From NCBI GenBank assembly GCA_037479115.1, contig JBBFLK010000002.1:148040-212039 (forward strand): DNA of 64,000 nt, written 5' to 3'. The translations under genes and the position numbers were made by a program. Under the pieces are notes generated by a model. The model did no database searches. It saw only the letters and a list, made by a program, of their open reading frames with translations, and was not told the origin of the DNA. Shown here one piece after another: positions 8,251-17,804 of this stretch; the first letter of the stretch is position 1; the number at the start of each line of letters is the position of its first letter. Source of the DNA: Anaerohalosphaeraceae bacterium. GTDB lineage: Bacteria; Planctomycetota; Phycisphaerae; Sedimentisphaerales; Anaerohalosphaeraceae.

Positions 8251-10703
8251 TGTCCGGCTCCCGGATTGTTTTCTTTTTCCTCAATCTTTGCCTGCCGAAT
8301 GGTCCACTGGACCTTGCCGACCAGCGGGTCAGAGACTAACTCAAACTTCCCCTGTTTTGAAGCCAGCAAAAGCCGCTGAAGATTCTGGTCATCCGGCAGA
8401 CAGACCAGCCCTTGAGCTTCCGTTTTCTCCTTCGCAAAAACCACCAGTTCCAAGTTGGACCAGTCCAGAAAGGCCGTTGATTGGGCCAATTCGATATGCG
8501 GAATCGCTGCTCCCTCGCGTACCAGAAGAACAATCGGCACAGGACCGGCCTGGATGCGATGCCATCCGCCGGAATAAACCCGACCTGTTTGATAGTCTAT
8601 CCACACCCCCGGCGGCAGATACACATTCCGTTCACCCCCGGCCTCCAGCAGCGGCGCTGCCAGCATATCCGAGCCGAACAGATACTCATCATCAATCCGC
8701 CAGGAGCCGGGGTCATCCGGATACTCTACAAACAGCGCCCGCAGCATCGGAAGCCCCCGCTGCGTGCAGTCTTTGGCCTGGGCATAGATATACGGCATCA
8801 GGCGGTACCGCATCTCGGCGGCCTGACGAAACACCTTCGTAAACTCTTGGCCGTATTCCCACGGCTCCGTCGGCGGGACTCCATGGCTTCGGCTGTGGGA
8901 GGAAAACATCCCAAAGGCCGCCCATCGCCGATACAGCTCCTCCGGACAGGCCTTGACAAATCCGCCCATATCGTGGGACCAGAAGGAAAACCCGCACAGT
9001 CCCAGCGACAGGCCGCCGCGCAGCGTGGCAGTCATCGCCGTATCCGTATTGGCCGGGTCGCCTCCCCAATGAAGCGGATACCGCTGGCTGCCCGCCCAGG
9101 CGCTGCGGGCCCAGATAATCGTATCACCGGTAATTTCTTTGGTAATCTCCGCCACCGCCTTGTTGTAGCGAAGCGGATAGAGATTGTGTTCATAAAAACC
9201 CGTCCGACCCGACGCATAAATCCCTTCCAGCGGCGCCGCCTCGCCGAAATCAACCTTCATCACGCTGACGCCCTGACGAAGCAGGCCGGCAATCTTGTCC
9301 TGATACCACCGCACCGTTTCGGGATTGGAAAAATCCAGCACAGCGTCTTCATACGGCAGATTGCCCTTGCGGTCGCGAACAAAAAGCCCTTTTTCGATAA
9401 TCTCCGGGAACAGGGTGTTTTTCGGCACAAAGTACGGCAGCTGCCACAGGCAAACCCGAAACCCCATTTTCTTCAAATCCGCAATCATCTTGACCGGGTC
9501 TTCAAACCGCGACCTGGAAAACTGATAATCACACCGCCAGTCCGTCTCGAACCAGCCGGTATCAAAATGAATCACATCCGAGGGGATTTGATGTTCCCGC
9601 AGTTTGGCCGCCACAGTCCGCCCGTCTTTTTCGGAAAAATACGTAATGCGGCTCATCCAGAAGCCGAACGACCACAGGGGCGGCATCGCCGCCTTGCCGG
9701 TCAGATTGGTGTACTCGTTCAGAATCTCTTTGGGCCGGCCCAAAAAGAAAAACAAATCCAGCTGGTCATCTCCAATCATCATCGTATTGGCGCCGCTGTA
9801 GTATTTGCCGAAATCACAGGTAATCGGAGAGGATGTGTGCAGAAACACCCCATATCCGCGGCTGCTCAGATAAAACGGAATCGGCTTGTACATCGTTTCA
9901 TTCTGCACGCCGTTGCCGTCATCCGTATAAAGAACAACTTTCTGTCCGCGTTTATTAAACTCCGTATAGGATTCGCCGCATCCGAAAATGCCCTCGCTGG
10001 GGGAAAGCCGAAACACGGCCGCAAAACTCGTGGAATAATCCGAGGCCCGCCGGACAAAGCAAAACGGCAGCAGCGGCGTATAGGTCTCGTTCGTATCCTC
10101 CATATGATAAGTCTGTGTAAGAACCCTGCCCTGCGCATCTTCAATCGTAATCCGCCAGGGATTCTCTGTAATCACCACGGCGCCGTAAGCGCTTTTGTAG
10201 CGATGGCCGCCCGCGATTTTTTCATACGTCCAGCCGGTGCGGTCCTGCCGGACGGTGCCGTTGACCAGCATCAAAGAGGGCTGCTCCGGCTGAACCTGAA
10301 AGCGGGAAGAGGCGCGAATCCGGATGGTACGGGGGCTGATAAACTCCAGCGCAAACGGCAGTTCCGGCGATTCGGCATACTCAATCGTTGGAAACTCATT
10401 GGCGGGCACCGGCTTGAGGGCCCCTAACATATTGTTAAAAGCAAAACGCGTAAAGTACTCGTACCGCAGATACTTAAGCGTACCTTTCCCGGTTTCAGAG
10501 TCGAAATCAGTCAGGCGGTCGGCACAATAGTACGTGTTTGTAAAACTGCGAAAATCGCTGCTGATATCCACAACATCATTTAAAAGACGCTGGGTAGGGT
10601 CGGGTGAATGAAAGGGAATCCCGCAGAAACCAGCGGCGGAAAGCAGACAAATGAACAGGCAAGATAACTTCTTATCTTCAGAGCACTTGCAATTTCGTTT
10701 CAT
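8247..10703 (-). CDS. GH31 alpha-xylosidase/alpha-glucosidase
   Basis: GH31 motifs DVIHFDTGWF, MKVDFGEAAP, FWSHDMGGF. The stop overlaps the GH74 ATG (ATGA). The ATG at 10703 has an AAGGAGA SD; an alternative ATG lies at 10727. Confidence 0.88.
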   Translation of the reverse strand: MKRNCKCSEDKKLSCLFICLLSAAGFCGIPFHSPDPTQRLLNDVVDISSDFRSFTNTYYCADRLTDFDSETGKGTLKYLRYEYFTRFAFNNMLGALKPVPANEFPTIEYAESPELPFALEFISPRTIRIRASSRFQVQPEQPSLMLVNGTVRQDRTGWTYEKIAGGHRYKSAYGAVVITENPWRITIEDAQGRVLTQTYHMEDTNETYTPLLPFCFVRRASDYSTSFAAVFRLSPSEGIFGCGESYTEFNKRGQKVVLYTDDGNGVQNETMYKPIPFYLSSRGYGVFLHTSSPITCDFGKYYSGANTMMIGDDQLDLFFFLGRPKEILNEYTNLTGKAAMPPLWSFGFWMSRITYFSEKDGRTVAAKLREHQIPSDVIHFDTGWFETDWRCDYQFSRSRFEDPVKMIADLKKMGFRVCLWQLPYFVPKNTLFPEIIEKGLFVRDRKGNLPYEDAVLDFSNPETVRWYQDKIAGLLRQGVSVMKVDFGEAAPLEGIYASGRTGFYEHNLYPLRYNKAVAEITKEITGDTIIWARSAWAGSQRYPLHWGGDPANTDTAMTATLRGGLSLGLCGFSFWSHDMGGFVKACPEELYRRWAAFGMFSSHSRSHGVPPTEPWEYGQEFTKVFRQAAEMRYRLMPYIYAQAKDCTQRGLPMLRALFVEYPDDPGSWRIDDEYLFGSDMLAAPLLEAGGERNVYLPPGVWIDYQTGRVYSGGWHRIQAGPVPIVLLVREGAAIPHIELAQSTAFLDWSNLELVVFAKEKTEAQGLVCLPDDQNLQRLLLASKQGKFELVSDPLVGKVQWTIRQAKIEEKENNPGAGQ

Positions 10704-10805
10704 CTCTTGTCTCCTTGTTCTTTTCATTATGTCTTCTTACAGATATGGCACCGAAACAGAAGCTTTCTGTGGTTTTTTTAAGATTTTTGAGGAGAAAAGC
10801 AGCAA

Positions 10806-11972
10806 TCAACTCCCTCTTTTGACAAACACACTGCCGGGCAGCTGCTTGACGATACCCTTGAGCTGAAGACTGATAAGGGCGGCGTGGACCTGCCCGGCAG
10901 GCACTTCAACAGAAGCAATGATTTCCTCAATATGGACAGGGGTTTTGTCAAGAACGGCAAAAACGGCCTGCTCAGAATCGGACAGGTTGAGTTGAGAAAT
11001 GTCAAAAAGGGTTGTCTGCACCTTTTGGGCAGCCTGTTCAGCCTTTTGCTGCACGTGCTCCTTCAGTCCCTGCCCCACAATCCCCAACGTATCCATAACT
11101 TCTTCTATGCTGTCCACAAGCCGGGCCCCCTGCTTAATCAGTTCGTGCGGGCCTTTGCTGGTGGGGCTGTCGATACGTCCGGGCACGGCCATCACCTCCC
11201 GATTGTATTCAAGAGCGGCTTTGGCGGTAATCAGGGCCCCGCTGCGGGGGGCGGCCTCCACTACAATTACTCCCATCGATAAGCCCGCGATGATACGGTT
11301 GCGTCCGGGAAAGTTTTCGGAAAGCGGCTCGTAGGTCATCGGCAGTTCGCTGAGCACCGCCCCGTTTTCAGCAATTTTGTCAAACAGCTTCTTGTTCTCA
11401 GGGGGAAAGCAGTGTGCCAGTCCGCACCCCTGCACGGCAATCGTGCGGCCCAAGGCACTCAAAGCACCGCGGTGCGCTGCGCTGTCGATGCCGCGGGCCA
11501 ATCCGCTGACAATCGTCAGCCCCGCGGAGGCCAGCAGATGAGCAAATCGCTCGGCCTGCTCAACCCCGTAATGGGTACAGTGACGACTGCCGACAATCGC
11601 CACGGCCAGACTGTCGCTCCGCTGGAGTGTCCCCTTGACATAGAGCACCGGCGGCGGGTCATCGATGGCCTTCAGTGCAGGCGGATAAACCGGGTCGTCC
11701 CAATGAAGAATCCGGACCCCATGTGCCTCGGCGGTCTGCATTTCTTTTGGGGCATCGAAGAGGTGCCGCGTGCGGGCGATTCGCTCGGCCGTGTGCGGAC
11801 CGATGCCTTCAACCTGACAGAGCGAATGAACCGAAGCGCCGAAGATGCGGTCAAACGTGCCGAAATGCTTCAGAAGCCGCCCAAACAGAATCGGCCCGAC
11901 CCCTTCGGTATAACGAAGCCGAAGCCAGTTTTCGATGCCCTCGGAATGGGTTGTCGGCCGTTCTTCCTTCAT
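10806..11972 (-). CDS. dprA: DNA processing protein DprA (Smf)
   Basis: AIVGSRHCTHYG...GLARGIDSAAHRGAL...VIVVEAAPRSGALITAKAALEYNREVMAVPG. The ATG at 11972 is preceded by a GGAGGAAAG SD. Confidence 0.9.
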   Translation of the reverse strand: MKEERPTTHSEGIENWLRLRYTEGVGPILFGRLLKHFGTFDRIFGASVHSLCQVEGIGPHTAERIARTRHLFDAPKEMQTAEAHGVRILHWDDPVYPPALKAIDDPPPVLYVKGTLQRSDSLAVAIVGSRHCTHYGVEQAERFAHLLASAGLTIVSGLARGIDSAAHRGALSALGRTIAVQGCGLAHCFPPENKKLFDKIAENGAVLSELPMTYEPLSENFPGRNRIIAGLSMGVIVVEAAPRSGALITAKAALEYNREVMAVPGRIDSPTSKGPHELIKQGARLVDSIEEVMDTLGIVGQGLKEHVQQKAEQAAQKVQTTLFDISQLNLSDSEQAVFAVLDKTPVHIEEIIASVEVPAGQVHAALISLQLKGIVKQLPGSVFVKRGS

Positions 11973-12132
11973 CGCCCTTTCCTCCTGTTTTTGCCCCCCA
12001 ACTCTACCCCCGCCGCCCAAAAACGCAAGCAAAAAACGTTCGGTTCAAAAAAAACAGAGCTGTCAAATAAATCAATCTGCCTTTCGAGGCTGCCCAAAAC
12101 GGACTGCCGCTTTGAATCTGCAGGCGCACCTG

Positions 12133-13113
12133 TCAGGACTGGCGTTTGGTTGCCAGCTGGTCGGCGGTCACAGCCAGAACGATAATCGCTCCAATCACAA
12201 CCAGCTGAACATTGGTGGAAATATCCAGCAGCGTCAGTCCGTTCCGCAGAAAGCTGATCAGCAGAGTTCCAATAATGGTACCGGTCAAGGTGCCCCGTCC
12301 GCCGCTCGGAGAGCAGCCGCCGATAATCACGGCGGCAATCACATCCAGTTCCAGAGAAATGCCCGCCGTGGGCTGGGCGGAGCTGGCCCGACTGGTGGTA
12401 ATCATCGCGGCCAGACCGGTACAGGCGCCTGTCAGTGTGTAAATGACCGTCAGGATGCGAGGCACGTTGATGCCGACATGAAACGCCGTCTCCGGATTGG
12501 AACCCACCGCGTAAACGTATCGCCCAAAGGGGGTATAATTGAGAAGAAAGGCCGCCGCCGCAAGCACCAGCACCAAAATCACAACCGATGCAGGAAACGG
12601 CCCGATTGTGCCGATGTCCAGAAAGGTATAGTCCGATACAGCAAAGGGCTTTCCGTCATTCATTAAATAGGTAATCCCCCGGAAAATGCTCATCGTGCCG
12701 AGCGTGACGATAAAAGGCGCCAGTTTCAGCCGGGTAATCAGCGTCCCATTTATCCAGCCGCACAAAGCGCCGAACAGCACCCCGATAACCGTGCCCCAGA
12801 ACATTGCCGAAGCCGTCAGAGGGACATAATTGCCCCCTGCAATCTGCGACCAGGAAGCCCCGCTGAGAAACAGCATCGCCGCCGAGCCGATCATCCCGCA
12901 CAAAGCCAGCATCGAGCCGACGGACAGGTCGATTCCGGCCGCAATAATCACAAAGGTCATCCCCGCCGCCATAATCCCGTTGATGGAGGAGCGGCGAAGA
13001 ACATTGCTGAAGTTCCGGAAAGACAGAAAGTTATCCGGCTCCAGAAAACTCCAAAGCGAAATAATAAAAATCAGCGAACAAAACGGCAGCAGCTGTTTGG
13101 CAAACCGATTCAT
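12133..13113 (-). CDS. Sugar ABC transporter permease (RbsC/monosaccharide CUT2 family)
   Basis: Multi-TM protein with AAGIDLSVGSM motif. The ATG at 13113 has a GGAGGAG SD and overlaps the ATPase stop (ATGA). Confidence 0.88.
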   Translation of the reverse strand: MNRFAKQLLPFCSLIFIISLWSFLEPDNFLSFRNFSNVLRRSSINGIMAAGMTFVIIAAGIDLSVGSMLALCGMIGSAAMLFLSGASWSQIAGGNYVPLTASAMFWGTVIGVLFGALCGWINGTLITRLKLAPFIVTLGTMSIFRGITYLMNDGKPFAVSDYTFLDIGTIGPFPASVVILVLVLAAAAFLLNYTPFGRYVYAVGSNPETAFHVGINVPRILTVIYTLTGACTGLAAMITTSRASSAQPTAGISLELDVIAAVIIGGCSPSGGRGTLTGTIIGTLLISFLRNGLTLLDISTNVQLVVIGAIIVLAVTADQLATKRQS

Positions 13114-14609
13114 CGTCTGGGCTCCTCCACGGCGGCATAATGCATCACTTCTTCCGGGGTGGTTTTTCGGGTTTCCAAATCGGCGACAAGACGTCCGCGG
13201 CGCATCACCAAAATGCGGTCGCAAAGACCGAACAGTTCCGGCAGCTCAGATGAAATCATCAGGACGGCCTTCCCCTGCTCGGCCAGGTCCGCCAGCATTT
13301 GATACACTTCTCGTTTGGCCCCCACATCGATTCCGCGTGTGGGTTCATCAAAAATCAAAAACTGCGATTGGGCCATCAGCCAGCGGGCAATGAGCAGTTT
13401 CTGCTGGTTGCCGCCGGACAGGTCCGCCGCCCGCACGTTGGGCGACGACCACCGGACGGATACTTTTCGTCCATACTCCGCACAAACCGCCTGCTCCTTT
13501 CGCAGACGCAGGAGATACCGCATTCCGATGCGGGGATAGTTCGGCAGCGTCATATTCCAGCCGGCCGGCAGAATGGTGCACAGGCCCGAGCGTTTGCGGT
13601 CTTCCGTCAGATAGGCAATGCCCTGCCGAATGGCCTCGGCGGGAGATGAAATCCGAAGCGGCTTGCCTTGCAGGCGGAAAGTTCCCTCCAACAACGGCTG
13701 AACCCCGAACACGGCGCGGGCCGTCTCGGTGCGTCCGGCCCCGACCAGCCCGGCCATTCCGACAATCTCGCCGGCTCGCACCGCAAAAGAAACTCCCTCA
13801 ATCCCCTCCGCCGTCTTCAGATTTTCCGCTTCAAACAGCACCGCCCCCGGATTCGAGCGGCGGGCCGGATAGTAGTCTTTCAGCTCTCGACCGACCATAT
13901 GACGGACCACTGTAGGGATATCCATTTCAGATGCCGGAGCCGAAGCCGCAACGGCCCCATCCCGCAGAACGGTAATCTCATCCGCCAGCCGAGCCACCTC
14001 CTCCATCCGATGAGAAATATAGATAATCGTCATCCCCAGCCCGCGAAGGCGGCGGATAATCTCAAACAGCCGCTGTGCTTCGGCCTCCGTCAGCGAGGAA
14101 GTCGGCTCATCCATCACAAAAATTCGTGCATTCCGCATCAGCGCCTTGAGCAGTTCAACAATCTGGCACTGTCCGGTCGTCAGGGTCCGAACGGGAGCCA
14201 GCGGATTCAGGTCAAATCCATAGAGCCGGCATTGCTGAACCGTTTGGTCTATCATCGCCTTTCGATTCAGAATGAATGGGATGCGGCCTCGAATTTCACG
14301 CCCTAAAAAAAGATTTTCCGTCACCGTGAGGTCTTCCGCCAGGTCCAGTTCCTGATAGAGCATCGAGATTCCGGCCTCTAAGGCATCCCGCGGTCCGCGG
14401 AAGGTTCGCTTTTGTCCATCCAGATAAATCTCCCCTGCATCGGGCTCAAACACGCCGGCCAGAATCTTCATCAGCGTGGACTTGCCGGCGCCGTTTTCCC
14501 CGCATAGGGCGTGAACCGTGCCCGGCCGAGCGGTAAAGGTCACTCCCTGCAGGGCCTTGACCGGGCCGAAGGTCTTGACGATATTCCGCATTTGCAGTTC
14601 GCCCGCCAA
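13110..14609 (-). CDS. Sugar ABC transporter ATP-binding protein (duplicated ABC domains, RbsA/MglA-like)
   Basis: 499 aa. Walker A is GENGAGKST, and a second ABC half contains LSGGNQQK. TTG start with a perfect AAGGAGG SD. Confidence 0.9.
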   Translation of the reverse strand: MAGELQMRNIVKTFGPVKALQGVTFTARPGTVHALCGENGAGKSTLMKILAGVFEPDAGEIYLDGQKRTFRGPRDALEAGISMLYQELDLAEDLTVTENLFLGREIRGRIPFILNRKAMIDQTVQQCRLYGFDLNPLAPVRTLTTGQCQIVELLKALMRNARIFVMDEPTSSLTEAEAQRLFEIIRRLRGLGMTIIYISHRMEEVARLADEITVLRDGAVAASAPASEMDIPTVVRHMVGRELKDYYPARRSNPGAVLFEAENLKTAEGIEGVSFAVRAGEIVGMAGLVGAGRTETARAVFGVQPLLEGTFRLQGKPLRISSPAEAIRQGIAYLTEDRKRSGLCTILPAGWNMTLPNYPRIGMRYLLRLRKEQAVCAEYGRKVSVRWSSPNVRAADLSGGNQQKLLIARWLMAQSQFLIFDEPTRGIDVGAKREVYQMLADLAEQGKAVLMISSELPELFGLCDRILVMRRGRLVADLETRKTTPEEVMHYAAVEEPRR

Positions 14610-14620
14610 ACGCCGCCTCC

Positions 14621-15610
14621 TTACAATCCCAAGGCCGCCGGAAATTTCTGCTTCATCTCCTCAAGATTCTCCCGCTCGACAATCATACTGTCAATCGGGA
14701 CCTCTTTCGGAACGGTTTTGCCCTCCACGGCCTCAATCAGAATCCGAACCCCTTCATATCCAATCGCAAAGGGGTTCTGCACCACGAGGGCCTCGACCCC
14801 TCCTTTTTCAATCCCTTCCAGCACCACCGGGTCCGAATCAAAGCCGACCATTTTCACCTTGCCGAGCAGATTCTGGTTCTGCAGGGCCTTATAGGCCCCC
14901 ACCGTTGTCGGCTGATTGACGGCAAAAAGCCCCACAACATCTGCATTGCGCATCAGCATATCCACCGTCTTCTGGCGGGAATCTTCCACCGTGCCGAGTG
15001 TATACTGCTCGGCGGCAATCTGCATTTGCGGAAATTCGCGGGCCAGGGTCTCCCGAAACCCCTGAGCACGGGCGTCGGTGGAGGCGGAGTTTTGAATAAA
15101 CTTTGTCAAAATGACTTTGCCTCTGCCGCCGCAGGCCTGCGCCAGGCGACGGGCGGCCTTGGCACCGCCCAGATAATTATCGGTAGCCACAAACGACACA
15201 TAATCCGCCGGGTCGGCCTCCACCGCTGAATCAATAATCACACAGGGAATGCCGGCGGCTTTGACTTTCTGCACGGGACGAGCCAGGGCTTTGGCATCGT
15301 TGGGCCCCAGGACAATCCCGACAACATTTTTCACAATGGCGTCTTCAACCGCCTGGATTTGTTTTTCCCGGTCACTTTCCTGCTCCGGACCTGTCCAGGA
15401 AATGATATAGCCGCGTTCCTGAGCGGCTTTGGCGGCCCCCTGCCGTACAACCTCCCACCACATCGAGGCCGTTCCTTTGGGAATGACGGCAATCGTTTTG
15501 GAAATGGACGCCCTCTGACGCAGCAGGCTGATTTTACGAATAACGCCCGAAGTGAAAAGCACAGCCGACAGACCAAGAATCAAATAAACCGCTGTCTGAC
15601 GCCATTTCAT
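14621..15610 (-). CDS. Periplasmic monosaccharide-binding protein (RbsB-like, Peripla_BP)
   Basis: N-terminal TM/signal sequence. Type-I periplasmic binding fold sequence (IAVIPKGT..., VDGIVLGPND-like, VGFD). ATG at 15610 with a GAGGGAAAGGGAA SD. Confidence 0.85.
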   Translation of the reverse strand: MKWRQTAVYLILGLSAVLFTSGVIRKISLLRQRASISKTIAVIPKGTASMWWEVVRQGAAKAAQERGYIISWTGPEQESDREKQIQAVEDAIVKNVVGIVLGPNDAKALARPVQKVKAAGIPCVIIDSAVEADPADYVSFVATDNYLGGAKAARRLAQACGGRGKVILTKFIQNSASTDARAQGFRETLAREFPQMQIAAEQYTLGTVEDSRQKTVDMLMRNADVVGLFAVNQPTTVGAYKALQNQNLLGKVKMVGFDSDPVVLEGIEKGGVEALVVQNPFAIGYEGVRILIEAVEGKTVPKEVPIDSMIVERENLEEMKQKFPAALGL

Positions 15611-15669
15611 AAACGGTTCCCTTTCCCTCAAATAAAACAGGCAACACTTTACAGCAGACGGCCTGATTC

Positions 15670-15700
15670 TTCAAGAAGGATTCACAGAATCGTCCTTGAA
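15670..15700. promoter_or_regulatory. 31-bp imperfect palindrome, candidate operator in a divergent promoter region
   Basis: TTCAAGAAGGATTC-ACA-GAATCGTCCTTGAA, with 12 of 14 arm positions complementary. It lies between the sugar ABC operon and the acetylesterase gene. Confidence 0.35.
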
Positions 15701-15785
15701 ATATTTTCTTGATGCACGTTTTGGAACAAAGTAGAATAAATTTCCGCCAAACATAATTTTCCCTGTTTTAACAAAGGAGACCCTT

Positions 15786-17741
15786 ATGAAAATACGCAAG
15801 AGCTTCGAATGGATTTTGATTGCAGCTTTTTTGGCAAGTTTCTCTTCAGCCGACGTACGTCTGCCGGCAATTTTATCTGACAACATGGTTCTTCAGCGCA
15901 ACACTGAAGTCGCCGTCTGGGGCTGGGCAGACCCGGATGAATCAATTACCATCACCCACACCTGGCAGCCGGATGTTCAGGTCAGCCAGACGGTAAAGGC
16001 CGGTCCGGACGGGACCTGGAAAATTATGCTCAAAACGCCGGATGCCGGCGGCCCTTATACCTTGACCATTCAGGGCAAAAATAAAATCACTCTTCAGAAT
16101 ATTCTGATTGGGGAAGTGTGGTTCTGTTCAGGGCAATCCAATATGGAATGGCCGACCTCAAGAATAGAAAATGCCGCTCCGGAGATTCAAGCGGCAGCCA
16201 AATATCCCCAAATCCGGCTCTTTCAGGTTGACAAAGCCACGGCTCCGACTCCCCAGCCGGACTGCAGCGGCCAATGGAAAGTCTGTTCGCCCGAAACCGT
16301 TTCTTCCTTTTCCGCCATCGGATATTTGTTTTCCCGCATTCTCTGTGATGAGCTCAAAGTACCTGTCGGAATGATTGGAACCTACTGGGGCGGAACTCCC
16401 GCCGAAGCCTGGACAAGCCGGGATGCCATTGGGGCTTTTCCGGAGTTTGAGCCGCAGGTCAAAGAACTGGACCAAATCAAGCGTCCTGTCCTGACCGGTG
16501 CTCAGATTCGCCAGCTCCAGCAGGAATGGAACGAACAAATCATCCAAAAAGAACCCGGTTTGCCCGGACAATGGTATTCAGAATCGTACGACGACAGCAG
16601 CTGGAAAACGATGCCTGTGCCGGGCCTGTGGAACCAGGACGGTCTGGATAAACTGGACGGAATCGTCTGGAATCGATACACCTTCACGCTGCCGGCCGAC
16701 TGGGTTCAAAAGGAACTGGTGCTGGAACTGGGACCGATTGACGATGTTGATATAACCTGGCTGAACGGCGTAAAAATCGGCCAGACCGATTTTTACAACA
16801 TCCATCGCCGTTATGTCATCCAGCCGGGCACAGCGCGAGCAGGTCAAAATCTGCTGGCCATCCGCATCTGGGACCATATGGGCGGCGGCGGCCTGTACGG
16901 GCGGCCCGAGCAGGTACGGATTTACCCGAAGGATGAGCCGGACAAGGCTGTTTCGCTGGCTGGAGAGTGGAAATACAAACTGAGCATCTCCTACAACGAT
17001 TTGCCCGGCTATATGGACCTGCGGCCGCTGGACCAGAACCTGCCGACGGTCCTGTATAATGCGATGATTGCTCCGCTGATTCCTTATGGAGTTCGGGGGG
17101 CCTTGTGGTATCAGGGTGAATCCAACTGCGGTCGAGGGGAACAGTACAAGCGGCTTCTGCCGGCTATGGTGCAGGACTGGCGAAAGAAATGGGGCCGGGG
17201 CGATTTCCCCTTCTATTATGTACAAATCGCCCCCTACGATTACGGCAATCCGGATGATACAGCCAGTGCTCTCTTGCGGGAAGCCCAGTTCCACATTCTA
17301 TCTCTTCTGAGCAACAGCGGAATGGCCGTGACGATGGACATCGGCAATCCGAAAGACATCCACCCCACCAACAAACTGGATGTCGCCAAACGGCTGGCTT
17401 TGTGGGCACTGGCCAAAACGTACGGCCGGGAAAATCTGGTCTATTCCGGGCCGCTTTATCGGGAAATGAAGATTGAGGGCAATAAAATCCGGCTCTTCTT
17501 CGACCATGTCGGCTCAGGACTCATGGCCAAGGGCGGGCCGCTGACACACTTTGCCATCGCCGGTGAAGACCGAAAATTTGTTCCGGCTGCGGCAGTCATT
17601 GAAGGGGATACTGTGGTGGTTTCCAGCCCGGATGTGCCCAAGCCCGTTGCTGTTCGCTATGGATTTACCAATTCCGCCCAGCCGAATCTGTTCAACAAAG
17701 AAGGACTGCCTGCTTCTTCCTTCCGAACCGACAACTGGTAA
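15786..17741 (+). CDS. Sialate O-acetylesterase-like (SASA/DUF303) carbohydrate esterase
   Basis: 651 aa with a signal peptide. LPAILSDNMVLQR and GEVWFCSGQSNMEWP (catalytic Ser motif) are typical of 9-O-acetylesterases. AAAGGAGA SD. Confidence 0.85.
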   Translation: MKIRKSFEWILIAAFLASFSSADVRLPAILSDNMVLQRNTEVAVWGWADPDESITITHTWQPDVQVSQTVKAGPDGTWKIMLKTPDAGGPYTLTIQGKNKITLQNILIGEVWFCSGQSNMEWPTSRIENAAPEIQAAAKYPQIRLFQVDKATAPTPQPDCSGQWKVCSPETVSSFSAIGYLFSRILCDELKVPVGMIGTYWGGTPAEAWTSRDAIGAFPEFEPQVKELDQIKRPVLTGAQIRQLQQEWNEQIIQKEPGLPGQWYSESYDDSSWKTMPVPGLWNQDGLDKLDGIVWNRYTFTLPADWVQKELVLELGPIDDVDITWLNGVKIGQTDFYNIHRRYVIQPGTARAGQNLLAIRIWDHMGGGGLYGRPEQVRIYPKDEPDKAVSLAGEWKYKLSISYNDLPGYMDLRPLDQNLPTVLYNAMIAPLIPYGVRGALWYQGESNCGRGEQYKRLLPAMVQDWRKKWGRGDFPFYYVQIAPYDYGNPDDTASALLREAQFHILSLLSNSGMAVTMDIGNPKDIHPTNKLDVAKRLALWALAKTYGRENLVYSGPLYREMKIEGNKIRLFFDHVGSGLMAKGGPLTHFAIAGEDRKFVPAAAVIEGDTVVVSSPDVPKPVAVRYGFTNSAQPNLFNKEGLPASSFRTDNW

Positions 17742-17750
17742 TCCCCTCCT

Positions 17751-17804
17751 TGAAAAAAAAGGAACCCGTCAGGCAAAATCAAGCCGGACGGGTTCTTTTT
17801 TTAT
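17751..17804. terminator. Bidirectional intrinsic terminator between convergent genes
   Basis: AAAAAAAA, then a 9-bp perfect stem GAACCCGTC (17762-17770) / GACGGGTTC (17787-17795), then TTTTTTTAT. The hairpin overlaps the last codons of ahbAB. Confidence 0.6.

Noticed and set aside
8481-10427. 648-aa + strand ORF antisense to the GH31 gene
   Set aside because: Its composition (R, P, G, H runs) is typical of an antisense frame. The minus-strand frame carries unmistakable GH31 motifs.
10756-10779. Hairpin ACAGAA-gct-TTCTGT followed by T7 on the plus strand between dprA and the GH31 gene
   Set aside because: It is oriented for plus-strand termination, but both flanking genes are on the minus strand. 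The stem is short and AT-rich, so it is probably fortuitous or at most an anti-antisense element.
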